Below, piece after piece: positions 63,651 to 64,000 of a stretch of 64,000 bases of DNA. The first letter of the stretch is position 1, and every line of letters starts with the position of its first letter. The translations under genes were made by a program, and so were the position numbers. Under the pieces are notes generated by a model that saw nothing but the letters and a program-made list of their open reading frames with translations, ran no database searches and had not been told where the DNA came from. Location of the stretch: contig MU058065.1 in assembly GCA_013265495.1 (NCBI GenBank), forward strand, positions 7,130,302 through 7,194,301, written 5' to 3'. Source of the DNA: Vicugna vicugna. Its lineage: Eukaryota.

Positions 63651-64000
63651 AAAACTGAGGAGGTGCTGATGGCCGAGGAGTTGCAACGGTCCCGGCAACT
63701 CAAAGAAATAGAATAGATTCGGGACCATGCTAAGTGTTGGAAAAGGTGTAAGACACAGGGGTCTCTGTCCTTAAGGGGCTTGTAAAGAGGTTCAGAAAAG
63801 ACAGTGGGTGCAAATTAAAATTGAACTGACTGTGTAAGTAATACATGAGGGCCTCCTGAGTGGTAAATAACTGATCACAGAGGTTGGGGCAGTCAGAGCC
63901 TGTCAGGGCAGGGGTGAGGTAGATGTGAGCCCTTCTGCAGGGATGGGTGTGATTTCAGGGGGGAGGGTGACTCAACTAAAAGAGGAGGAGGTGATGGGTT

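Overview
Mammalian non-coding genomic DNA (intergenic or deep intronic), most likely from a camelid. Four tRNA-Ala-derived SINEs of the vic-1 type and cetartiodactyl-type L1 3' ends support that assignment. I find no intact protein-coding gene; the supplied ORFs are chance ORFs, repeat-derived, or pieces of one pseudogene. The main feature is a full-length, intronless, heavily decayed retrocopy of ATP12A (non-gastric H+/K+-ATPase alpha subunit) on the minus strand. Its CDS remnant spans 39535->36482, with a probable 3'UTR down to an ATTAAA at 36217-36222. The rest is layered transposon fossils (L1, L2, MIR, CR1/L3, MaLR/ERVL/ERV1 LTRs, hAT MERs), several nested with readable target-site duplications (TSDs). 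There are also microsatellites and a few repeat-free, CpG-retaining blocks that may be conserved enhancers. I see no evidence for a novel multi-gene system. Repeat family names come from my recollection of consensus sequences, not from a database search, and most repeat boundaries are approximate.
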